IMG/VR virus record: IMGVR_UViG_3300021512_000004
Location: 10,741 to 74,740 of that record
Length of the DNA: 64,000 nt
DNA from: a virus
Direction: 5' to 3' (one strand)
Shown: one piece after another, positions 40,106-48,643 of the stretch
Numbering within the stretch: position 1 is the stretch's first letter
Layout of the letters: every line of letters starts with the position of its first letter
The notes under the pieces: model-generated
What the model was told of the DNA's origin: nothing
Seen by the model: only the letters and a program-made list of their open reading frames with translations
Database searches by the model: none
Position numbers and translations under genes: made by a program

Positions 40106-40342
40106 ATGAGAAAAATCACTATACCAGAATGGGCCAGGGAGTTACCTGACTCAGCTAACCTAACGGCCAAGGATGTACTCTCTATATTTGAGTACTCCCC
40201 AAAAACATCTTGGTCTACCTTGGTGAGTAATAAGCTATTACCGCCCCCAGACCGCACGATGCCTAGATGCGTAGGCCGATGCCCTATATCGTTTTGGTAT
40301 CTAGGGACTCTGCGCAATTTAGTTACTAATCATGGAGGTTGA
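40106..40342 (+). CDS. AlpA/excisionase-like winged-HTH protein
   Basis: LTAKDV..IF......W..LV....LPPP...W pattern. Confidence 0.5.
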   Translation: MRKITIPEWARELPDSANLTAKDVLSIFEYSPKTSWSTLVSNKLLPPPDRTMPRCVGRCPISFWYLGTLRNLVTNHGG

Positions 40343-41342
40343 AATGAACTTAATGACGGCGCAATCAGAGATAGTCAGGATGAAGCGGGAGCTCGGGGTT
40401 AGGAATTTTAAAGCCCTTAATGGCAGTTACTACAGGACAAAGAAAAGTCAAAGGGAGCTGATCACCTCCACCTGCGGGAAGAAGATATCCCAAGCTCACT
40501 TCCTAAGGGAGTGTGTGCGATTTCAAGGGGTGAAGGATGCCTTCAGAAAAGAGGCCAATTCTAAAGTCAGAGTAAGACGAAGCTACAGTAAGCCTTTTCG
40601 TTATGGAGATCTAAATCAAAGGATCTCAGATGGCAGGTGCGGAATCGCTCAAGCATTGAGAGCGCGGAAGGCCATTATACGACAAGCTGTTTCTGACAGT
40701 ATAAAGCACCCTGCGGGACAATCCACTATTAACATTGAAATGGTAGAGACGCCTGAGGAGGTTTATTACACCTCTCGCACGGAGAAAGGAGAGCAGTACA
40801 GCAGTAGATGTACGTTCAGAAAAACAGATTTGATTGTGAATGTTGGCCTACCGCATAAGTGGTACAGCAGAGTCTATAAAAAAGGATTCTCCACTGTGGA
40901 CGGACTGTTTAACTTAGACATATCCACACCTCTAAGGAACCAGCCTGAAGGGGTGGAGGTAAGAGCGGCAAAATTCCTATACCCTGGGAGAGGGTGCTCT
41001 TACCACGTAATGGATGGATTTATAGCGTTTGCGGAAGAGTTCTCTTTCCATGGAAAAACCCTAAAGTCCTCTATTAAAGGTGTGGCAAAGAAAGCCAGAA
41101 TTTCTGAGTTACTTAAGGCTAGGCCCTCAGAAATTATAGCCAGGGCTTTGAAGTCTTCCGTGAAAGTAGGGGTGAGGGATTCTTATAAAGCAGGTAATTG
41201 TCAGTGGGGGACGTTGGACTTTTGCCGCCGTCACAACTTAGATCCGAAGTCAAAGATACCCCTGGAGGAGTTAGCGGCCTTGGCTCAAAAAGAGCCCAGG
41301 GCAGAGGTACTAACCGTATTAGCTATGAAACTTGCAGATTGA
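40332..41342 (+). CDS. Basic hypothetical protein (C-terminal GNC..GT..F motif)
   Basis: Long ORF with RBS. Confidence 0.6.
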   Translation: MEVEMNLMTAQSEIVRMKRELGVRNFKALNGSYYRTKKSQRELITSTCGKKISQAHFLRECVRFQGVKDAFRKEANSKVRVRRSYSKPFRYGDLNQRISDGRCGIAQALRARKAIIRQAVSDSIKHPAGQSTINIEMVETPEEVYYTSRTEKGEQYSSRCTFRKTDLIVNVGLPHKWYSRVYKKGFSTVDGLFNLDISTPLRNQPEGVEVRAAKFLYPGRGCSYHVMDGFIAFAEEFSFHGKTLKSSIKGVAKKARISELLKARPSEIIARALKSSVKVGVRDSYKAGNCQWGTLDFCRRHNLDPKSKIPLEELAALAQKEPRAEVLTVLAMKLAD

Positions 41343-41355
41343 GGGAGTGAGCTAA

Positions 41356-42123
41356 ATGCTAAATGATATCGCAATACCTAAAAATCTGAATGACTTTATC
41401 TCAGCGCGTGACGCGGCAATAGCAGGGTTCTCCCACGCAAAGAGGGCTCTTTACCTAGCAGAGAAGGCGCTGGACTCTGTGATCTCCTACACCTGGCCTT
41501 TGGGATCTAATCCGAAACTTACCAATGAAGAATTTGTCAGGGAAATTGACAGAAGAATGTGGCGCAAGGCATTCGATCTGACCCGGTTTGCGCAGGTGAT
41601 GGACAGGGAGGCCAGAGAGAGCTTCAACCAAAGTCTTGACGGCAAACCTCCTGAATTTACGGCTGACAATGTTCGGTCTATCTTTTTGTCGGTGTCACAA
41701 GAGTCAGACCTGATGTTCAAGCGAGGGCTGGTTAATGTATTCAAGAGAAGAAACTCAGGCTATAAGACAAATAGCAAAGAGGCGTTTAAGGTTGATCGAA
41801 AGATGGTCATGACGTGTATCACCCGACCGAACTATGGTCGAGGGATGCAAATGTCCAGTTACGGGGCGGCAGAGATCAACGATATAGACAGGATTTTCAA
41901 AACCCTTGACGACAAGAAGCATAATCAAGGGGAGCTTGAAACAGCCCTTAACGCGGCCTGGAGAGATAAGCCGTATGTTTATGAAGATGACTACTATCAG
42001 GTCAAGGGGTTTAAGAACAGCAACGCCCACTTTGTATTCAAGAGGCAAGATCTGCTTGACAAGGCAAATTTGCTAATTGCCGAGTATTATGAGGATGGAG
42101 CGTTGGCCGATGGTTCTGTGTGA
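41356..42123 (+). CDS. DUF4942-like protein
   Basis: ID...W...F...MD...R..F...PPEFT..NV, DIDR.F..LD and KGFKN.NAH..F...DL....N motifs. Confidence 0.75.
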   Translation: MLNDIAIPKNLNDFISARDAAIAGFSHAKRALYLAEKALDSVISYTWPLGSNPKLTNEEFVREIDRRMWRKAFDLTRFAQVMDREARESFNQSLDGKPPEFTADNVRSIFLSVSQESDLMFKRGLVNVFKRRNSGYKTNSKEAFKVDRKMVMTCITRPNYGRGMQMSSYGAAEINDIDRIFKTLDDKKHNQGELETALNAAWRDKPYVYEDDYYQVKGFKNSNAHFVFKRQDLLDKANLLIAEYYEDGALADGSV

Positions 42124-42147
42124 ATTCACACAAAAAGGAGAGTAAGC

Positions 42148-43270
42148 ATGATTGATAAAGTAGTAATACAGCAGATTAATAAGTTCAAAGTCACTATAAA
42201 CGGCAAGACCTATGATAACTTTGAGAAAGTTGACGAGTGGAATGGGATGCTACATTTCACTGGGCCTAAAGGGATGATCATTGTCCATAAACCGGAAAAT
42301 ATGTTCGCTACGTTTGCAACTATCTTTGGAGGCAGTGATCAAGAGGTGCAGGAAGAGTTTGACCTGGCGAAAATATCATCAGACTTACTTAAAGATTCAA
42401 GGAATGTGGAGGGAGAAAAATGAGCGGAGGAGATTGGAATCGTATATTCAATGAGGTGGAAGACGCGGCGGAGAAATTAAAAGCTGAGAGATGCCCTTTG
42501 AGGAGGGCTTTCGGAGATCACTTAAGCTTGGTAGCGGAGGCATTACACCAAATAGAACTGGTTGACGGAGGGGATTCATCGAGTCCAGAGGATACTAACG
42601 CTATCAAAAAGGTCTATGGAGACATGGCGGAGTCTGTGGAGTTGGCGGCGTTGCGGGAAGATGCAGGAAAACTAATTAAAGAGTTGAGGAGGCTGGGAGG
42701 GTGAGGAGTTACAAGGGAAGGTCAATCAGAGACTTAGACAAGAAAGGTAATTATTACTCCAGACATATTGACGCTATGACGAGGGAGAAGCTTCATGGGA
42801 AGGCTGAAATTGCCGCTGAGTTAGCTCATAGGGATATGGTTATAGACACCTTAAAGGTGGGTAATGTTCAGCTGAATAAGTTCGTGAGTTACCTTTTGTC
42901 AGACAGGGAGGACTTGGACGACGAGTTTATTGCCTGCCAGAACAAAGAAGATCTTCTTAAAGTTATCGACACAGTTTAGAGGTAAGGGATAATGGAAAAC
43001 AAAGATTTAAGTCTACTTTGGGTAGGGGCTTTCAGGTATTACCTTGGAGGGCAGAACATAGCAGTACACAGCTTCTGTAGTCTGTTAATGGACGAGATAG
43101 ATGCCGGGAGGGTTCCAGACAATGCACAATTCGTCATTAAAAAGGGCTTGCTGGAGGCGTTTGCAGCGGACGATAAGGATCAAATGCGAGGATTTGATTC
43201 ATCTATTCTTGGACATAAAGTGGATAGAAGTAAGTGGCTGGAAGTTCTTGGGGCGTTGTCGGGAGGGTAG
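42148..43270 (+). CDS. Four small hypothetical genes (42148-42423, 42420-42704, 42701-42979, 42992-43270)
   Basis: Coupled ORFs with RBS. Confidence 0.55.
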
Positions 43271-43272
43271 CA

Positions 43273-43722
43273 ATGAAAGCAGAAGAGTTCGTAGCAGAGA
43301 GCAATAAAATAGAGCGGATAACTAGACCCCCGAAGCTTGTCGAGATACAGGAGCACGTAATATTCATCAACTTACCTGTTATCACCCTAAAGGATCTACT
43401 GCGATTTGTAGAGGTCTACCAACCAAATGCAAGGTTAAGGGATAAGTTCGGGCTAGATGTCTTAGTAGGGCATCACATGCCCCCTTTAGGCAGCCCAAAC
43501 ATGGGAAATCTGGTGGAGGAATTGCTAGACCAACAGGACGACCTATCAGCTTATGAACTCCATGTAAGGTACGAAAGCTTACACCCATTTACTGACTGCA
43601 ATGGACGAAGCGGGAGGGCTTTATGGGCGTGGAAAATGATGCAGACGGTAGGGCATTATAGCCTTGGATTCCTACATCACTTTTATTATCAGGCACTCGA
43701 TGCCAGTAGGGTTAACAAATGA
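43273..43722 (+). CDS. Fic-domain protein
   Basis: HPFTDCNGRSGR matches the Fic motif HPFxDGNGRxxR with G to C; GGAGG RBS before MKAEEF. Confidence 0.88.
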   Translation: MKAEEFVAESNKIERITRPPKLVEIQEHVIFINLPVITLKDLLRFVEVYQPNARLRDKFGLDVLVGHHMPPLGSPNMGNLVEELLDQQDDLSAYELHVRYESLHPFTDCNGRSGRALWAWKMMQTVGHYSLGFLHHFYYQALDASRVNK

Positions 43723-43822
43723 CGGACGAAATTATAATTTTCGGAGTTATTCTAATGTGTATATTGTTTGCTGGGGATCCAGACTTAATGGATGCAATTA
43801 TATCTTTAATAGAGTGTAACAA

Positions 43823-44581
43823 ATGAAAAACATACAATTGAAAATACTGAGTCCGCTAGTAGGAAATGAGTTCCCAATTCCAGCTTACTCAACAGAGGGA
43901 TCTGCCGGAATGGATCTCAGGGCCTGCATTGAGCAGGAAATGGCTGTCAGTAAAGGAAAAGCAGTCTTAATCCCTACTGGGGTAGCTATACACATAGAAG
44001 ACCCTGCATACGCTGCAGTAATCTTACCAAGATCAGGTCTGGGCCATAAGCATGGAGTAGTCCTTGGCAATCTGGTGGGGCTGATTGACAGTAAAAATCA
44101 TAGGTAAATTGCTGTCATTAAATTCGGTGAATTGCTGGGAAATCCTTAGAGTTCTTATACCAAAGCGGAACTGGAAACGGTAAACGTAACGGTTTGAAAA
44201 GTTAAGAAATTGGACAATCAGCAGCCAAGACCCTGAAAAGTGTAAAAGTATGGGTAAGGTTCAACGACTAGGTGTTGAGTTAGCTAGACGATACTACACC
44301 CACGAGCGCCGGACACTTAAATTAAGTGAAGATATAGTCTGAACTTTAGGGAAACTTAAAGAAACAAGGATAAAGAGCCTTGTGATAACACGATGGATTA
44401 CCAAGGACAGTTGATGATCTCCTGCTGGAATAGGAGCGATGTGAGCTACATAGTGAAGCCTGGGGAGCGCATAGCCCAGTTGATCATTGTTCCTGTAGTG
44501 CAGGCAGAATTTGAAGTGGTTGAGGAGTTTAGCCAGAGTCAAAGAGGGGAGGGAGGATTTGGCAGTACTGGAGTTTGTTAA
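43823..44581 (+). CDS. dut: Trimeric dUTPase, intron-split: exon 1 43823-44092, exon 2 44396-44581 (151 aa)
   Basis: Motifs GSAGMDL, PRSGLG, GLIDS|DYQG, RIAQL and [10 protein letters not shown]; removing 44093-44395 restores motif III exactly in frame. Confidence 0.95.
44093..44395 (+). ncRNA. Group I self-splicing intron (IA-like, 303 nt, no homing endonuclease)
   Basis: P element AATTGCTGGGAA, Q AATCAGCAGCC, R GTTCAACGACTA and S AAGATATAGTCT. P1 exon UGACAGU pairs with GCUGUCA giving the U-G wobble; terminal G; P3 TTCGGTG/CGCCGGA; a P7.1 hairpin, P8 CACTTA/TAAGTG and a GAAA-capped P9. Confidence 0.93.
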
Positions 44582-44602
44582 ATAACTGGAGAGGAGACAA
44601 AA

Positions 44603-44953
44603 ATGTTTGAGTACAGTGCAGAGGTTAAACGAGTCGTGGACGGAGACACCTATGACTTAGTAGTTGATCTAGGCTTCAACATAAAACATACGATCAGAGT
44701 ACGCCTTGACGGGATAGACACACCAGAGCTATTCCGACCTAGAAACTCAGCGGAGAGAAGCCACGCGGTTGAGGCTGCTGAGTTTGCGTCGAATCAGGTT
44801 CTGTCTAGATCTGTGATACTGCGAACCAAAAAGGACAAGACTGGAAAGTATGGAAGGTACATAGCCTCTATCCACTACGGTAGAAATTTTGAGTATGACT
44901 TAACCCAGGAGCTGATTTCCAATGGCTTTAGTAAGAGGGGGGAGTATTTATGA
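44603..44953 (+). CDS. Thermonuclease (SNase-like)
   Basis: VVDGDT, VRL.GIDTPE and GKYGRY motifs. Confidence 0.9.
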   Translation: MFEYSAEVKRVVDGDTYDLVVDLGFNIKHTIRVRLDGIDTPELFRPRNSAERSHAVEAAEFASNQVLSRSVILRTKKDKTGKYGRYIASIHYGRNFEYDLTQELISNGFSKRGEYL

Positions 44954-45219
44954 TCCGAGGAACAGAAAAAGAAGACATTCAAGCCCTACTAAGACAGGGG
45001 ATATGTGAAGTAGTATTCACTAAAAAGGACGGATCAGAGCGACAGATGAACTGTACTCTCGATCAGACGTTCCTGCCATTAGTTGACCAGGAGTCTACTG
45101 GAACCGCAACAGGAGAGCATGAAGGATTAGTGACTGTTTGGGATACCGATGCTGAAGGAGGGAGAAGAATAATTCTTGAGAATATTATTTACGGTCCTAA
45201 GCTCCTAACAGGAGAGTAG
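44950..45219 (+). CDS. WYL-like/SH3 beta-barrel protein
   Basis: V.F.KKDGS.R.M.CTL...VWD pattern. Confidence 0.7.
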   Translation: MIRGTEKEDIQALLRQGICEVVFTKKDGSERQMNCTLDQTFLPLVDQESTGTATGEHEGLVTVWDTDAEGGRRIILENIIYGPKLLTGE

Positions 45220-45281
45220 GGCCGCTCCCAAAGAGGGGTAGGAGCGGCCCTACTAACATTGGAACTCCGCAGAGGGGGACA

Positions 45282-45616
45282 AGGCGCTCTGCGGAGTAGA
45301 AAGTATACCTTACAGGTTATGTACGTTCAATAGGAGTGGAGTTATGGCAAGCATTTTTGTAATGACAGACCCTATGTCTGAAGTTTACTACTCGCTGAAG
45401 GATAATCGGGTTAGAAAGTTCAACCTTCATGGGAAAACGCTGTATGACGAATATAAAGGGGTTTCTGCGGAAGGGTGGGAGGATGCGCTAGTAAAGTTCG
45501 TGAAACAGCAGCGATTGAATATAGATGGAGGGGAAGGACTTCCCTCATTCGTGTACGGCCTGATTGATAGAGGACTGCTGGAAGACTAACAGGCGCTCTG
45601 CGGAGTAGAAAGTATA
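45282..45616 (+). repeat. 26-bp direct repeat flanking ORF 45344-45589
   Basis: AGGCGCTCTGCGGAGTAGAAAGTATA at 45282 and 45591. Confidence 0.85.
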
Positions 45617-46507
45617 TATCATAAGGTAGGAGGGAGCTAGAGATGAGGTATAAAACTGAAAATAAGCACATAGATGAGATTAGAAGCGGAGACTACGTGT
45701 TACATAATGAGGAGGTGGTAACTGTAGGGCGGAGGGATATAAAACTGAGCGAATTTATGGGAACAACTCTGTTCGGAGACTGCTATCACTTGGGAACAAA
45801 GCCAGTGAAAAAGGTGACAATCCTTGGGAGTGAAAGACTATGAGCATCAAAACAACATGTCAGAATGGACTGACACTATGATTGAGGACAAGATGGCGGA
45901 ACCGTTTTTCCGGCACAGTATGTTTAACAATTACACTCTGCCACGTTAGCTGAGTTGCTATCAATTACGGAGGGATAATTATGTGCTTGATAACCGACGT
46001 GTATGATGCTGGATACGACTGTAGTAAAAAGGAGAAAGGCTATAGCCCAGAAGGTAGCGCCGCAGTAGCCCTGGCAAAACATGAGATAGCCTGCCTGAAA
46101 CTTGAAAGCGAGGGTTATTTTGCAAAGATACAAAAGATGAGGGCTACTCTAGAGTTGACGAAGAGATCTATTATCGACAGGAGGCTTAATATGCCAGAGA
46201 CAATGGCCGTGATTGAGGAGGCTTTAGCCTCGCAGCGGTCGATTAAGCTACCATTTAATTTTGGATAAATCCACGGGGGTTGCAGATGAGACTAAAAATT
46301 AAACAGAGCCAGAATTTAAAAGAAGGGGAGGTAAGGGTTTGCAAAGGGTTTCTATGGTTGCCTAAATACCTGGATAGAGAGTGGAGGTGGCTTGAGTTTG
46401 CAGAATGGGCACAAATGACAATGCGACTACCCCCACTTGCGGTTGAAGTCGGTTGCTATTCCCCAGGGCAAACTCCCCTTCAATGGGTGAGTACGGAGTG
46501 GAGGTAA
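45344..46507 (+). CDS. Four small hypothetical genes (45344-45589, 45643-45843, 45981-46268, 46280-46507)
   Basis: ORFs with RBS-like sequences. Confidence 0.5.
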
Positions 46508-46644
46508 CCCCCGGGCTGGTTCCTTATAGTTGTAAATTTACTATTTGGAGCGTTAAACGTAAGGAATTTTACGCAGCTCTAACACCAGATTCAGCTGCGC
46601 GCTTGGCGCGTCCGCTGGAATTAATGTTAGATTGCGATTGATTT

Positions 46645-46884
46645 TTGGAGGATGAGAGAGTGGATAAAGCAAAAGAGATTCGCAGGGGATTTGTTGATAT
46701 TTGGAAATGGATAGGCTCGCCAGATTGTTGGTTTTTAATAATGGTTACGTTTTGCCTCTGGTGCATATTTTTAGCTCCAGAATCAGCTATCGCTGGGCTT
46801 GCGAATACATTTATTGTTATCGGGCTGGTTATAATTTGGCATTTGGCAAGAATCGCAAAATCCTTAGAGGACAAGGCAATCTAA
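46645..46884 (+). CDS. Cassette A gene: two-TM membrane protein
   Basis: Bounded by GTTAGATTGC...GCAATCTAAC; its stop is the TAA of TAAC. Confidence 0.7.
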   Translation: MEDERVDKAKEIRRGFVDIWKWIGSPDCWFLIMVTFCLWCIFLAPESAIAGLANTFIVIGLVIIWHLARIAKSLEDKAI

Positions 46885-46931
46885 CAACCAGCATAACGGG
46901 TGAGCGGATAATTTAACTGAGGATGGTGAGC

Positions 46932-47327
46932 ATGGAAAACCAGAACGAACAGAAGCAACAAGAAACCAGCGGTGAAGAAGCGAATCCGGTTGATGTAATT
47001 GTTAGTGCTCGCTGCCCGGACTGCGCTGCTCAGCCTGGCATGCTGCACAAGCTGGGCTGTGATGTTGAAAAATGCCCCGAATGCGGCTGGCAATATATCA
47101 GCTGTGACTGCCCCGCCGAAGAGACAACGGCTCCCCGCCTCCTCTGGTCTGGCGAATGGCCAGGGATAAGGGAGTGCCGCGAATTTGGATGGTATTCAAA
47201 ATTGGTTTCTGGGCGCGGCTGGGTGAGCTGTGACAAAAGCGAGCCTGGCGCAAGCGAGAGCCTCAACCGCCTTGCCGTTGACGCCACATGGGATAAAGAA
47301 AAAGGGCGCTACATACTAGAGAGCTAA
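46932..47327 (+). CDS. Cassette B gene: Cys-rich zinc-binding protein starting inside attC
   Basis: TGAGGA RBS and ATG lie within the attC loop; CPDC..H..GCD.E.CP.CG.Q..SC.C motif. Confidence 0.75.
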   Translation: MENQNEQKQQETSGEEANPVDVIVSARCPDCAAQPGMLHKLGCDVEKCPECGWQYISCDCPAEETTAPRLLWSGEWPGIRECREFGWYSKLVSGRGWVSCDKSEPGASESLNRLAVDATWDKEKGRYILES

Positions 47328-47398
47328 CGCTCGCATAAACTGCGGAGCGTCAGCGGAGTCAGATTTTCATGCGATTGTTATAAATCTGGAGTAGAACG

Positions 47399-47644
47399 AT
47401 GGCAACAAACAAATACGATTTGGACACAGCTTACATCGGAAAAAACCTTAAAATATTGCAGCGGGATATTGAGCAATATACCCCTCAAGAGATGAGGACA
47501 GCTTTGAACAAGCTGGCAGACACGTGCCATAACTTTGCTAAGTGCGGTCGCTGTAGCGGCTACAACACGTCAACGATGCGACACGATGCGGCTCACTGGT
47601 TTTGCTATGACTGCGCCGAGAAGTACCCACTAAAAGCCTTATAA
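47399..47644 (+). CDS. Cassette C gene: small protein with C-terminal zinc ribbon
   Basis: GGAG RBS; CGRC...CYDC; stop in TAAC. Confidence 0.7.
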   Translation: MATNKYDLDTAYIGKNLKILQRDIEQYTPQEMRTALNKLADTCHNFAKCGRCSGYNTSTMRHDAAHWFCYDCAEKYPLKAL

Positions 47645-47718
47645 CGCTCAATTAAACGGTTGCGTAGCAATCCGGTTTAAATTGCTTGTTATATTTAATA
47701 TTAATTCGGAGAAAAATC

Positions 47719-47967
47719 ATGAGTGAAATTGAAACAGTTGCAGCGAGTCTCACTATTGAAATGAATGTCACATGCCCTAATCCTGACTGCGGGGATTATA
47801 TAGATTTGCTGCGATCAGAGTATACGAACGGGGTGGATCATAATGAGGACGGGGGTTTGCTGCGCCAGATGTTCCCTGAAAATCATAGTAATGAAGATTT
47901 TGAGTGTGATGATGTCATTTGCACAAAATGCAAAACAATGTTCAATGTGCGCGAGCTGGAATGGTAG
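47719..47967 (+). CDS. Cassette D gene: zinc-ribbon protein
   Basis: GGAG RBS; CPNPDC...CTKC; bounded by GTTATATTTA...TAAATATAAC. Confidence 0.7.
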   Translation: MSEIETVAASLTIEMNVTCPNPDCGDYIDLLRSEYTNGVDHNEDGGLLRQMFPENHSNEDFECDDVICTKCKTMFNVRELEW

Positions 47968-48027
47968 TAAATATAACACCCTGCATAACGAGTGAGCGTG
48001 GACAACAAAATGAATGAGGTGAACACG

Positions 48028-48330
48028 ATGGGCAAGAACGAAGCCACGAAGACAGAACCCAGCGGCGAAGAAGCGAATCCAGTTGATGCACTTGTTATGC
48101 GGCAACTAGATAAAATCACTGGATATTTTCAGCCTAAACGCACGGAAACGCTGCGCGATGAAGCCCTGCCATTTGTTGGTCGGCTATTAACATTCGAGGC
48201 TCTTTGGCTGATAGATAAAGAAGATGGGGGCCCTTACGTCGGACAATGGGCGATGCGCCCGATTAATGAAGCAGGGGGCTGGTTGCCAATTGGGTGGGTT
48301 CCCGAAGAAGACATTAGACCTGCTACATAA
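48028..48330 (+). CDS. Cassette E gene: hypothetical protein starting inside attC
   Basis: GAGGTG RBS and ATG inside the attC loop; leader SGEEANPVD shared with cassette B. Confidence 0.7.
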   Translation: MGKNEATKTEPSGEEANPVDALVMRQLDKITGYFQPKRTETLRDEALPFVGRLLTFEALWLIDKEDGGPYVGQWAMRPINEAGGWLPIGWVPEEDIRPAT

Positions 48331-48412
48331 CACCCGATTCAGCTGCGCGTTTGGCGCGTCCGCTGGAATTAATGTTAGATTGCTAATTAATTAATTATGG
48401 GGCGATAACGAG

Positions 48413-48601
48413 ATGGCCGAAGTGAAGTTCTGGTGTGACAGCGGGGCAAACATCCATTCTTGCAATACTGAAACAGTTGATACCGTTGATGATTTAGGGT
48501 TAGACGAAGGGGAGTGGGAAAAGCTCACTGATGACGAAAGGCACAAGCATGTTAGGGATTGGGCTAATAACTACATAGAGATGGGGTGGGCAGCAATCTA
48601 A
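48413..48601 (+). CDS. Cassette F gene: small acidic protein
   Basis: Bounded by GTTAGATTGC...GCAATCTAAC. Confidence 0.7.
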   Translation: MAEVKFWCDSGANIHSCNTETVDTVDDLGLDEGEWEKLTDDERHKHVRDWANNYIEMGWAAI

Positions 48602-48643
48602 CGCCCACATAAGCGACTTGATGTGATTGTTATAAATGAAACT

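Larger units (their letters stand above)
27106..42132. repeat. Dispersed family of 11 copies of the 16-bp palindrome TGTGTGAATTCACACA
   Basis: 16-mer starts at 27106 (CGTG variant), 27977 (TGTGC variant), 28049, 28533, 29674, 30679, 31741, 33101, 34061, 37946 and 42117. Confidence 0.95.

Noticed and set aside
27106-42132. Palindromic repeats as a CRISPR array
   Set aside because: Spacing is irregular (72 bp to over 4 kb) with whole genes between copies, and no cas genes were recognised.
44294-44542. Minus-strand ORF as an intron homing endonuclease
   Set aside because: It is antisense, overlaps exon 2 and has no HNH, GIY-YIG or LAGLIDADG motif.
46879-48330. Leader peptide donated by the upstream cassette (inter-cassette fusion)
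   Set aside because: Bulge asymmetry places the crossover at the left AA|C, so the loop start codon belongs to the same cassette as the gene it initiates.
46577-48635. attC-like hairpins as simple rho-independent terminators
   Set aside because: They lack U-tracts, conserve TAAC/GTTA ends and bulge positions, show cassette-end complementarity, and two are translated.
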